Positions 11,299-20,149 of a DNA stretch of 64,000 bases are shown in pieces. The DNA comes from an uncultured Pelagibacteraceae bacterium (lineage in GTDB: Bacteria > Pseudomonadota > Alphaproteobacteria > Pelagibacterales > Pelagibacteraceae). Position numbers and translations under genes: made by a program. Position 1 is the first letter of the stretch; each line of letters opens with the position of its first letter. The notes beneath the pieces were generated by a model. That model saw only the letters and a list, made by a program, of their open reading frames with translations. It was not told where the DNA came from and did not search any database. The DNA lies in assembly GCA_902574345.1 (NCBI GenBank), contig CACGNF010000001.1, positions 59,137 through 123,136 of the forward strand. Reading direction: 5' to 3'.

Positions 11299-12192
11299 CT
11301 ATGCAGGTATTTCAAGCCAATCTGGGATTAATACTTTTATTGACCCATTTTTACATTTAAAAATTTTGTTTTTATCGAAGTTTTTATCTAAAAATTTTAT
11401 TAAAGCAAAAGGATATTCTTCGCTAATTAGAACTTTACCAATTTCAGTGTCATCGGCAAAAATTGTATCATTCTCATTTAATTTTCCATCGATAACTTCA
11501 ATTGGGAATAATCTTTTTGAAAGTTTATTTTTTAATTTAATTCTTGCAGTATTTTCTTGGCCCACATAGCAACCTTTTTTAAAATCAATTCCATTTAATT
11601 CTTCGTAATTACATTCAATACCAAATAATTTATTTTTTAATTTATTAAAATTTTTGGGTACAATTCCGAGTTTATAACTTTTGATATGATAATTATTTAT
11701 TTTAGAGTCCTTTAAACTGAGTTTTTTTAAGGATAGATACAATTTTTCTAAGTTTATAATAAGTCTAGCCCCCAAGAGTTTATTCCTTGGATCTAAAAAA
11801 ATCGGATCTTCTCTATATTTAAAAGTAAAACCCAATATATCTTTTGACCCTTCAATTGATAAATATTTTTCATACCCAAAGCAAGCAACTACAAATTCGT
11901 TACTTAAATTAAGAATTTCTACTTTTGATCTTATTTTATAAAGATTTAGTTGTTTAAAAATTTCTTCAGACTGCGATTTTTCACAATCGATAAAGTAACC
12001 TGACTTATGTTTAACAACCATAAATTCATAGAGAAATTTACCTTGAGGGGTAAATAATGATGCAAAACAACTTGAATTATCTGTGACTTTATTAATATCG
12101 TTGCTGATAAGATTTTGTAGGAAATCTTTTGCATCAGAGCCATTAATATAAAGTATGGCTCTATCCTCTAATATATAAACACTATTATTCAT
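11299..12192 (-). CDS. ygfZ: Folate-binding Fe-S assembly/repair protein YgfZ
   Basis: KGCYVGQE signature; start moved to MNNSVY (12192) to avoid overlap with divergent pyrC. Confidence 0.92.
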   Translation of the reverse strand: MNNSVYILEDRAILYINGSDAKDFLQNLISNDINKVTDNSSCFASLFTPQGKFLYEFMVVKHKSGYFIDCEKSQSEEIFKQLNLYKIRSKVEILNLSNEFVVACFGYEKYLSIEGSKDILGFTFKYREDPIFLDPRNKLLGARLIINLEKLYLSLKKLSLKDSKINNYHIKSYKLGIVPKNFNKLKNKLFGIECNYEELNGIDFKKGCYVGQENTARIKLKNKLSKRLFPIEVIDGKLNENDTIFADDTEIGKVLISEEYPFALIKFLDKNFDKNKIFKCKNGSIKVLIPDWLEIPA

Positions 12193-12235
12193 ATTTGATT
12201 GATATCTGATTTTAATATAATAACTTTTCTCAAAA

Positions 12236-13543
12236 ATGTTAGATCTAATAATCAAAAATGGAAAATGCTATATTGATGGTGATCTTAAAGAGGTAAGCGT
12301 AGGTGTTAAGGGTGGCAAAATTAATCAGATAGGTGAAATCTCATCTAATGCTAAAGAGACTATTGATGCAAAAGATTTGTTAGTTTTACCAGGATGTATA
12401 GATACCCAAACTCATTTTCGAGAACCAGGCTCAACGGACACTGAGGACCTTCATTCCGGAAGTAGAGCCGCAGTTGCGGGAGGTATCACTGCAGTATTTG
12501 AAATGCCAAATACTAACCCACCTACATCAAACATAAAAGAATTTCAAAGAAAATTAGATCTTGCGAAAAATAGAATGTATTGCAATTACGCTTTCTATTT
12601 TGGTGCAACAGCCGAAAACGTTAATCAACTAGCAGAGCTAAAAGACTTAGAGGGATGCTGTGGTATCAAATTATTTGTAGGTTCATCAACAGGTAATCTT
12701 TTAGTAGCACTTGAAGAGGATATCGATAAAGTCTTTCAACATTGCTCAAAAATTGTTGCGGTTCATTCTGAAGATGAGGAAATTTTAAATAGGAATAAAA
12801 AATTAATTAAAAATGGAGACGTTCATTCTCATCCTGTGTGGAGAAGTGAGGAATGCGCCATTTCCTCAACTAGAAGGATTGTTAGAATTGCTAAAAAATA
12901 TAATAAGAAAGCTCACGTTCTTCATATTACCACCAAGCAAGAAATAGATTTTTTATCTCAACACAAAGGCAATATTACTTTTGAAATCACCCCACAGCAT
13001 TTAACGATCTATGCTCCACATTGTTATGATGAACTTGGAACTTATGCACAAATGAATCCACCAATCAGAGATAAGTCTCATTACGATCGATTATGGTATG
13101 CGGTTAAAAATAATATCAATGATACCATTGGTTCAGACCATGCCCCACATTTAAAAGTAAATAAAGACAAAGAATATCCAAATTCACCTTCAGGAATGCC
13201 AGGCGTTCAAACGCTTATGCCGGTTATGTTAAACCATGTTAATGATGGAAAACTATCACTTAATCAATTAATGAAGTTAGTGTGTGAAAATCCAATCAAA
13301 ATTTTTGGGATCAAGAAAAAAGGATTTATTAAAGAAGGTTATGATGCTGATTTCACGATTGTTGATATGAATAAAAAGATTGTGATTAAAAATGAAAATA
13401 TTGAGAGCAAATGTGGCTGGTCACCTTTTAATAATGTTGAGTTCAAAGGAACACCTGTAGCCACTATTATTGCTGGTAAAACTAAAATGAAAGATGGAAA
13501 AATTTTAGGAGATCCAGAGGGAACTCCTCTTCAATTTGATTAA
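12236..13543 (+). CDS. pyrC: Dihydroorotase
   Basis: PGCIDTQTHFREPG, EMPNT, MNPPIR, GSDHAPH. Confidence 0.9.
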   Translation: MLDLIIKNGKCYIDGDLKEVSVGVKGGKINQIGEISSNAKETIDAKDLLVLPGCIDTQTHFREPGSTDTEDLHSGSRAAVAGGITAVFEMPNTNPPTSNIKEFQRKLDLAKNRMYCNYAFYFGATAENVNQLAELKDLEGCCGIKLFVGSSTGNLLVALEEDIDKVFQHCSKIVAVHSEDEEILNRNKKLIKNGDVHSHPVWRSEECAISSTRRIVRIAKKYNKKAHVLHITTKQEIDFLSQHKGNITFEITPQHLTIYAPHCYDELGTYAQMNPPIRDKSHYDRLWYAVKNNINDTIGSDHAPHLKVNKDKEYPNSPSGMPGVQTLMPVMLNHVNDGKLSLNQLMKLVCENPIKIFGIKKKGFIKEGYDADFTIVDMNKKIVIKNENIESKCGWSPFNNVEFKGTPVATIIAGKTKMKDGKILGDPEGTPLQFD

Positions 13544-14022
13544 TAGTTCATCATAATCTCACTAATCACAAAATCTTCTTCGACGTCGTTGTAATTAGCT
13601 ACTACTAAAATCCTGTCTGCTACATATCCTCCAAGACAGACACTTCCTAATTCACAATTTCTTTTATTACCCTCGGTAGATCCAGGATTGAGAGTGTTAA
13701 ACACGTTTTTCCATTCAATGACGTTGTTAAAGTGATTGATGATTACTTTTGTTAAATTACGGGTAGTGGAGCTGCCAGGATTTAGAATTCTAGTACATTG
13801 ATCGAAAGAAGTATCATTATTAAAATAAACTTCTTGGTCAAGATTACATTTTTCAAACTCTGTTAAAATAAATTTCACTGCCATTTTTTGTCTTGAAATG
13901 AGGCTATTTTTTTTTGCCCCTGCAGTGTAACCATTATAAGCAACCACCCCTACAGCAGATAAAATACCAATAATAGCAACCACCACCAACAACTCTATTA
14001 AAGTAAATCCTTTAGGCTTCAT
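13540..14022 (-). CDS. Type IV pilin/pseudopilin-like protein
   Basis: Class III signal peptide KG|FTLIELLVVVAIIGIL; Cys pairs in the globular domain. Confidence 0.88.
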   Translation of the reverse strand: MKPKGFTLIELLVVVAIIGILSAVGVVAYNGYTAGAKKNSLISRQKMAVKFILTEFEKCNLDQEVYFNNDTSFDQCTRILNPGSSTTRNLTKVIINHFNNVIEWKNVFNTLNPGSTEGNKRNCELGSVCLGGYVADRILVVANYNDVEEDFVISEIMMNY

Positions 14023-14079
14023 TTATAAATAAATATTATTTTTTAGAAAAATTTAAATTTATAATTTGATCATTTTGAG

Positions 14080-14412
14080 TTAAATACTTTTAACCGAAAA
14101 AGAATTGACAAGCACAACACCAATAACAATTAGAAATAACCCTAAAATTGCCTGCCAAGCCAAAGTTTGTTTAAAAAAGATGTAACCTAATATCGCAATG
14201 GTAAATATGCCAAGACCACTCCATGTTGCATAAACAATCGCAATTGGCAGTTTGTTCACCACAAAAGTTAGTAAATAAAAAGCCGTCAAATAGAATATTG
14301 CAAGCAAGCTGGTTGGGATAAGTTTAGTAAAGTTTTGTGACACTGGTAGCAACATGGTTCCTGCTACCTCGCAAAAAATTGCACCGATTAGAAATAAATA
14401 AGTTTTAAGCAC
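14080..14412 (-). CDS. SMR family small multidrug transporter
   Basis: 110 aa, 4 TM, conserved Glu in TM1 (CEVAGT), YATWSGLG. Confidence 0.88.
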   Translation of the reverse strand: MLKTYLFLIGAIFCEVAGTMLLPVSQNFTKLIPTSLLAIFYLTAFYLLTFVVNKLPIAIVYATWSGLGIFTIAILGYIFFKQTLAWQAILGLFLIVIGVVLVNSFSVKSI

Positions 14413-16306
14413 TTTTTAGAATATTATTTTTGATTAGATCCTCTTTGATCTCATCTAAAATTGCTGGATCATCAATAGTTGGAGGCATTTTATATTCAAC
14501 ACTATCAGCGATTTTTCTTATTGTTCCTCGTAAAATTTTACCCGATCTTGTTTTTGGAAGTCTTTTTATAACTATTGCAACTTTAAAAGCAGCTACAGGA
14601 CCAATTTTATCTCGAACCATTTGAACACATTCTTTAGAAATTGTTTCATTGTCTTTATCTACTCCTGCTTTTAAAACAATTAATCCAATAGGTAATTGAC
14701 CCTTTAATTTATCAGCTATTCCAAGCACCGCACATTCTGCAACTGACTGATGTTCCGATAAAACTTCTTCTATTGCACCAGTTGATAATCTGTGGCCTGC
14801 AACATTGATAATGTCATCCGTTCTCGACATGATCCAGATGTATCCATCTTCATCAATGTGACCTGCATCATAGGTCTGATAATAGCCTTCATAATTTGAC
14901 ATGTAATTTTCTTTATATCTTTGATCTGCATTCCAAAGAGTTGGAAAAGTTCCTGGAGGCAAAGGTAATTTTACCACTATATCTCCCATCTCATTTGGTT
15001 TAGCTAACGTCTGATCTGATTTTATAATTTTAACATCATAACCCGGTACAGCTTTACAGGCTGAGCCATATTTTGTTTTCATCATTTCAATCCCTGTGCA
15101 ATTTGAACTGATTGCCCAACTTGTTTCAGTTTGCCACCAGTGATCTATTACTGGAACTTTCAATAAATTCTCTGCCCATTTAATTGTATCAGGATCAGCA
15201 CGCTCTCCAGCTAGAAATAAACTTTCAAATTTACTTAAATCATATTTAGAAAAGAATTTTCCTTCAGGATCTTCTTTTTTAATTGCTCGAAAAGCTGTTG
15301 GCGCAGTGAATAAAGATTTTACTTTATAGTCAGAAATTATTTTCCAGAACGCTCCAGCATCAGGTGTGCCGACAGGTTTACCTTCAAACAATACAGTTGT
15401 GCACCCTTTGAACAATGGCGCGTAGACAATGTAGGAGTGACCAACGATCCAACCAATATCACTTGCTGACCACCAAATATCATCTGCATCAATGTTATAA
15501 ATATTTTTCATCGTCCATTTTAATGCAACGATGTGACCCCCAATGTCTCTAACGATACCTTTTGGAGTCCCAGTGGTCCCAGATGTGTAAAGTATGTAAG
15601 CAAACTCATTTGAATTCATTTCAACACAATCAGTATCTTTAGCGTTTGCATGTGCTTCATCCCAACTAATCTCCATTGGCGCATTCAATTTTACTTCATG
15701 ACCCTTTCTCTGAAATAAAATCATCTTACTAATTTTATGTTGAGCTTGTTTGATTGCTTCATCAACCAAAGGTTTGTATTCAACAGTTCGTCCAGGTTCA
15801 AAACCACATGAAGCGGTCACTAAAAGTTTAGCTTTACTATCATCAATTCTGCTCGCAAGCTCATTTGAAGCAAATCCACCAAAAACTACTGAATGAATTG
15901 CACCTATTCTTGCACAAGCCAGCATTGCAACAACTGCTTCAGGGATCATTGGCATATAAATTATAACTCGATCCCCTTTATTGATACCTTGATCCTTGAG
16001 TGCGCCTGCAAATTTTGAAACTTTTGATCTTAATTCCTCGTAAGTGAACTTACTTTTGTTTCCTGTAATAGGACTATCGTAAATTAAAGCAGTTTTATTA
16101 CCTTTGCCTTGGTCAATATGAAAATCTAAGGCGTTGTAACATGTATTGGTCACCCCATCCTCGTACCATTTGTAAAAAGGGGGATTAGATTTATTCAAAA
16201 TTTTTGTGGGTTTCTTAAACCAAAAGATGTCATTTGCAGCCTCGTGCCAAAATTTTTCAGGATCTTTTATAGAAAGATCGTATATTTTGCTGAATTTGTC
16301 TGACAT
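14405..16306 (-). CDS. prpE: Propionyl-CoA synthetase (acetate/propionate-CoA ligase family)
   Basis: YTSGTTGTPKG, DHWWQTET, VAGHRLST, LPKTRSGK. Confidence 0.85.
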   Translation of the reverse strand: MSDKFSKIYDLSIKDPEKFWHEAANDIFWFKKPTKILNKSNPPFYKWYEDGVTNTCYNALDFHIDQGKGNKTALIYDSPITGNKSKFTYEELRSKVSKFAGALKDQGINKGDRVIIYMPMIPEAVVAMLACARIGAIHSVVFGGFASNELASRIDDSKAKLLVTASCGFEPGRTVEYKPLVDEAIKQAQHKISKMILFQRKGHEVKLNAPMEISWDEAHANAKDTDCVEMNSNEFAYILYTSGTTGTPKGIVRDIGGHIVALKWTMKNIYNIDADDIWWSASDIGWIVGHSYIVYAPLFKGCTTVLFEGKPVGTPDAGAFWKIISDYKVKSLFTAPTAFRAIKKEDPEGKFFSKYDLSKFESLFLAGERADPDTIKWAENLLKVPVIDHWWQTETSWAISSNCTGIEMMKTKYGSACKAVPGYDVKIIKSDQTLAKPNEMGDIVVKLPLPPGTFPTLWNADQRYKENYMSNYEGYYQTYDAGHIDEDGYIWIMSRTDDIINVAGHRLSTGAIEEVLSEHQSVAECAVLGIADKLKGQLPIGLIVLKAGVDKDNETISKECVQMVRDKIGPVAAFKVAIVIKRLPKTRSGKILRGTIRKIADSVEYKMPPTIDDPAILDEIKEDLIKNNILKSA

Positions 16307-16452
16307 TGTTATTTTGATTCGTTGTTATATTTTGTTGTGGTTTTTAAATCACAAATTGTATTTAATTTTAAAAAACAAGTAAAATCAATGTAAATTAATG
16401 ACAATTAAGTCTTCAATAAAGTCTTTTAATTTGGTATTTAACCACAACTTTT

Positions 16453-16488
16453 GCTTAGGGAAACCTAAGCTTAGTTTATATAAACTAA
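16453..16488 (+). promoter_or_regulatory. Two tandem hairpins in the proteorhodopsin 5' leader
   Basis: GCTTAGG-GAAA-CCTAAGC (16453-16470) followed by perfect palindrome TTAGTTTATATAAACTAA (16471-16488); GAGGGAG RBS downstream. Confidence 0.55.
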
Positions 16489-16516
16489 TAAAAACTAACT
16501 AAAGAGGGAGTTTTTT

Positions 16517-17287
16517 ATGAAAAAACTTAAAATGTTTGCATTAGCAGCTGTTGCCCTTATCGGTATTACAGGTGTTGCAAACGCAGCGACCACTATGTTA
16601 GCTCAAGATGACTTTGTTGGAATATCTTTCTGGATAATTTCAATGGGTATGTTGGCTGCTACTGCTTTCTTCTTCATGGAGAGAGGTACAGTGGCTCCTG
16701 GCTGGAAAACGTCAGTAACTGTTGCTGGTCTTGTAACTGGTATTGCATTCATCCATTACATGTACATGAGGGATGTATGGGTGACTACTGGTGATTCACC
16801 TACAGTGTATAGATATATTGACTGGTTAATTACTGTGCCATTACAGATGATAGAGTTCTACTTAATTCTAGCAGCTGTAAGAAAAGCAAACTCTGGAATG
16901 TTCTGGAGATTGTTAATCGGTTCATTAGTAATGTTAATCGGTGGATATTTAGGAGAAGCTGGATATATCAACGCTACACTTGGTTTTGTAATCGGTATGG
17001 CAGGTTGGATATACATTCTATATGAAATATTCTCAGGAGAAGCTGGAAAAGCTGCTGCTAAGAGTGGAAACAAAGCACTTGTTACTGCTTTTGGTGCAAT
17101 GAGAATGATCGTAACAGTAGGATGGGCTATTTACCCATTAGGTTACATTTTTGGTTACCTAACAGGTGGAGTAGACGCTGACTCACTAAACGTGATTTAC
17201 AACTTAGCTGACTTTATTAACAAAATTGCATTTGGTCTGGTAATCTGGGCTGCTGCAGTAAGTTCAGCTGGTGCAAGAGCAAGATAA
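16517..17287 (+). CDS. Proteorhodopsin, blue-tuned (Q105), DTE proton pump
   Basis: YRYIDWLITVPLQMIEF helix C, His in FIHYMYMR, retinal-binding Lys in ADFINKIAFG. Confidence 0.98.
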   Translation: MKKLKMFALAAVALIGITGVANAATTMLAQDDFVGISFWIISMGMLAATAFFFMERGTVAPGWKTSVTVAGLVTGIAFIHYMYMRDVWVTTGDSPTVYRYIDWLITVPLQMIEFYLILAAVRKANSGMFWRLLIGSLVMLIGGYLGEAGYINATLGFVIGMAGWIYILYEIFSGEAGKAAAKSGNKALVTAFGAMRMIVTVGWAIYPLGYIFGYLTGGVDADSLNVIYNLADFINKIAFGLVIWAAAVSSAGARAR

Positions 17288-17307
17288 TTACGCTTTAAAA
17301 TAAATTT

Positions 17308-17349
17308 ATAGGGCGAGTATGTTTTTACATACTTGCCCTATTTTTTTTT
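17308..17349 (+). terminator. Rho-independent terminator after proteorhodopsin
   Basis: ATAGGGCGAGTATGT-TTTT-ACATACTTGCCCTAT stem followed by a T run. Confidence 0.9.
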
Positions 17350-17367
17350 ATACCTATATCAAGTTAA

Positions 17368-17688
17368 ATGGCAAAAATTACTTACATCACCCATGACAAT
17401 CAAAAGTATGAAGTTGAAGTTCAAAATGGCCTGACTGTTATGGAAGGAGCTGTACAAAATGATATTCCAGGTATTGACGCTGATTGTGGTGGAGGCATGG
17501 CTTGTGCAACCTGCCATGTTTATGTCAAAGAAGATTGGTTTAATAAAATTCCTGAAAAAGAAGATGGTGAAGAAGATATGTTAGATATGGCATTTGAACC
17601 CAAAACAAATAGTAGACTGAGTTGTCAAATTGTAGTCTCAGATGAAATAGATGGTCTTGAAGTAAATATTCCATCGAAGCAAGCCTAA
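17368..17688 (+). CDS. 2Fe-2S ferredoxin (adrenodoxin type)
   Basis: [11 protein letters not shown] and SRLSCQ. Confidence 0.95.
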   Translation: MAKITYITHDNQKYEVEVQNGLTVMEGAVQNDIPGIDADCGGGMACATCHVYVKEDWFNKIPEKEDGEEDMLDMAFEPKTNSRLSCQIVVSDEIDGLEVNIPSKQA

Positions 17689-18708
17689 ATGATTAAAACA
17701 GATGCATTAATAATTGGCGCAGGTCCAACCGGTTTATTTACTGCGCATCAGTTAAAATTAATTGGTCTTAGCTGTGAAGTAGTTGATAATTTAGATAAGA
17801 TTGGTGGTCAATGTATAGAGCTTTATCCAGATAAACCAATTTACGATATACCCGCTGTGCCAGAATGTACGGGTGAAGAATTAACAAATAATTTAATCAA
17901 TCAATTAAAACCATTTGATATTAAATTTCATTTAAGTGAAAGAGTAGAGGAAGTTAAAAAAGAAAATGATAATTGGTTAGTGAAAACTAATAATGGCACA
18001 TCTTTTTCAACACCCAATGTCATAATTGCTGGAGGTGTTGGTTCATTTGAACCAAGAAAGTTTTCTCCAAAAGAGTGTGAAAAATTTGAAAATAAATCTT
18101 TATTTTACTCTGTTAAAGATAAAAAGATATTTACTGGTAAAACTGTATCAATTTTTGGTGGTGGAGACAGCGCATTAGATTGGGCTGTTGAATTATCAAA
18201 AGAATGTAGTGTTAATGTGATACATAGAAGAGATGAATTTAGAGGTGCACAAGCTACAATAGATAAAGTGCATCAACTTGCAAAAGATGGAAAAATAAAT
18301 TTATTTACTCAATATCAGATGGCTTCTGTTAAGGGAGACAAAAATTTAGAAAGTATTGATATCAAACACGATAACAATGAAATTAAAAATTTAAAAACTG
18401 ATTATGTATTGGGTTTTTTTGGTTTAATTATGCAACTAGGACCAATAGCAAATTGGGGTCTAAATATTGATAAAAAAACAATTGAAGTAGATACAGAAAA
18501 ATTTGAGACCAATCAAAAAGGAATTTATGCAGTAGGGGATATTTGTAATTACCCTGGCAAATTAAAATTAATATTATCTGGTTTTCATGAAGGTGCTTTA
18601 GCTGCAAGAGCTTGCTTTAAATTAGCAAGACCTAATGAAAAATATCGATTTGAATTCACCACTTCATCAAAAACCATTAAAGAGCGTCTTGGTGTAAAAG
18701 GTGATTAA
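17689..18708 (+). CDS. Ferredoxin-NADP reductase (TrxB-like type)
   Basis: GAGPTG, LYPDKPIYD, GGGDSALDWA, HRR, YPGKLKLI; no CxxC. Confidence 0.88.
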   Translation: MIKTDALIIGAGPTGLFTAHQLKLIGLSCEVVDNLDKIGGQCIELYPDKPIYDIPAVPECTGEELTNNLINQLKPFDIKFHLSERVEEVKKENDNWLVKTNNGTSFSTPNVIIAGGVGSFEPRKFSPKECEKFENKSLFYSVKDKKIFTGKTVSIFGGGDSALDWAVELSKECSVNVIHRRDEFRGAQATIDKVHQLAKDGKINLFTQYQMASVKGDKNLESIDIKHDNNEIKNLKTDYVLGFFGLIMQLGPIANWGLNIDKKTIEVDTEKFETNQKGIYAVGDICNYPGKLKLILSGFHEGALAARACFKLARPNEKYRFEFTTSSKTIKERLGVKGD

Positions 18709-19327
18709 ACTTTACTCCGCCAATACTCCTAACGGAAAAAAAATAAGTATCATGCTTGAGGAGATTGGTTATGAATACAAAGTAGTTAATATAGATCTCA
18801 ACAAAGGTGATCAATTTAAACCTGAATTTAAAAAAATAAGTCCGTTAAGTAAAATACCAGTGATCATTGATCAGGATAATAATAAGAATATTTTCGAGTC
18901 AGGGGCAATTTTAATGTATCTAGCTGAACAAAGTGGAAAATTTTATGACACAAAAGATCGATTAGAGATAAACCAATGGTTGATGGCGCAGATGGGTTAT
19001 GTTGGACCCATGTTAGGACAACATCATCAATTTCATCATTACAATCCTGGTAAAAGTCAGTTTGGCGAAGAAAGATATTTCAAGATATCTAAAAGAATAT
19101 ATGAGGAATTAGACGAAAGATTATCTAAATCAAGATTTCTAGCTGGAGAAAATTATACAATCGCTGATATAGGAACTTTTCCTTGGATAGCACGACATGA
19201 GTGGCATGACATTGGTCTTAAAAATTTTAAAAATCTTACTAGATGGTATGTTGAGATATCTGAAAGAGAAGCGGTAAAGAAGGGTTTTAAATTTATGAAT
19301 AAAGATGAATTTCCACCGAAGCCCTAG
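18701..19327 (+). CDS. Glutathione S-transferase (YfcG/YghU-like)
   Basis: TPNG, KIPVI, FESGAIL, YTIADI. Confidence 0.92.
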   Translation: MIKLYSANTPNGKKISIMLEEIGYEYKVVNIDLNKGDQFKPEFKKISPLSKIPVIIDQDNNKNIFESGAILMYLAEQSGKFYDTKDRLEINQWLMAQMGYVGPMLGQHHQFHHYNPGKSQFGEERYFKISKRIYEELDERLSKSRFLAGENYTIADIGTFPWIARHEWHDIGLKNFKNLTRWYVEISEREAVKKGFKFMNKDEFPPKP

Positions 19328-19428
19328 TTCATTGAGCTTATTAATCTAAATAGTGAAGCAAAAATTCCATGACCAGATAGTTCTATGGCTATAATTGCAA
19401 TAATTATTAAAATTAATTTTTGGTTCAT
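19324..19428 (-). CDS. Small hydrophobic protein, 34 aa (not in ORF track)
   Basis: Hand translation MNQKLILIIIAIIAIELSGHGIFASLFRLISSMN*; ATG directly follows the upstream TAA. Confidence 0.55.
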   Translation of the reverse strand: MNQKLILIIIAIIAIELSGHGIFASLFRLISSMN

Positions 19429-19554
19429 TTAATTAATGAATACGAATAACAATAGCAGAACCCAAAAAAAACCATAATAATAGTAAATATATTTTTTAGT
19501 AAAATTATAGGTAATTGGGTTATGAACTTTTTTACTTTTCTTTTTTTTAGTCAT
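19429..19554 (-). CDS. Small membrane protein, 41 aa (not in ORF track)
   Basis: Hand translation MTKKKKSKKVHNPITYNFTKKYIYYYYGFFWVLLLLFVFIN*; start overlaps the dksA 3' end by 8 nt. Confidence 0.55.
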   Translation of the reverse strand: MTKKKKSKKVHNPITYNFTKKYIYYYYGFFWVLLLLFVFIN

Positions 19555-20071
19555 CGGCATGAACTTTTTCGTCCTTTTCATGTTTTTCTTGTGCGGCTAT
19601 AGTATATTTTGCAACAGGTCTTGCCATGAGTCTTTTTAGCCCAATTGGTTCTGCAGTATCTAAACAAAATCCATAAGTATCTTCTCTTATTCTAGCTAAA
19701 GCTTTATCAATTTCTGAAATCAGTTTGATTTGTCTATTGATTGCTTTCATTTCAACATTTTTATCTGTGTATGAACTTGCTTGATCGACAATATCGGCTG
19801 AAATACTATTATCATCCATACTGCCGTTATAAAGAGCTTCATTATTTGCTCTAACCAGCTCTTTTTTCCACTCTTGTAATTTCATTCTAAAAAAAACCTT
19901 GTGTTTTTCGCACATATATTTTTCAGTTTCTTTTGGAATATATGTTTTAGAAATTTTAATAGGTCCTTTGCTAATTTCTTTTGGTTTACTGATGGTCTTA
20001 GGTTTTGCTTTAGTTACAGTTTTAGTTTTAGCTTTAGTAACCTTTTTTTTAACTTTACTAGTTTTAGGCAT
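19547..20071 (-). CDS. dksA: RNA polymerase-binding protein DksA
   Basis: DIVDQA coiled-coil tip, YGFCLDTAEPIGLKRLMARP; K-rich N-terminal extension. Confidence 0.92.
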   Translation of the reverse strand: MPKTSKVKKKVTKAKTKTVTKAKPKTISKPKEISKGPIKISKTYIPKETEKYMCEKHKVFFRMKLQEWKKELVRANNEALYNGSMDDNSISADIVDQASSYTDKNVEMKAINRQIKLISEIDKALARIREDTYGFCLDTAEPIGLKRLMARPVAKYTIAAQEKHEKDEKVHADD

Positions 20072-20149
20072 CTTTCAATTTGAATTCGAGGGAGTATATT
20101 CAGCAAAATAGGGGTGTCAAGCAACGTTAATTATTGTAAATATTTACTT

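Noticed and set aside
10481-11300. Integrative element at tRNA-Leu
   Set aside because: No integrase and no duplicated tRNA 3' end seen; only one gene before ygfZ
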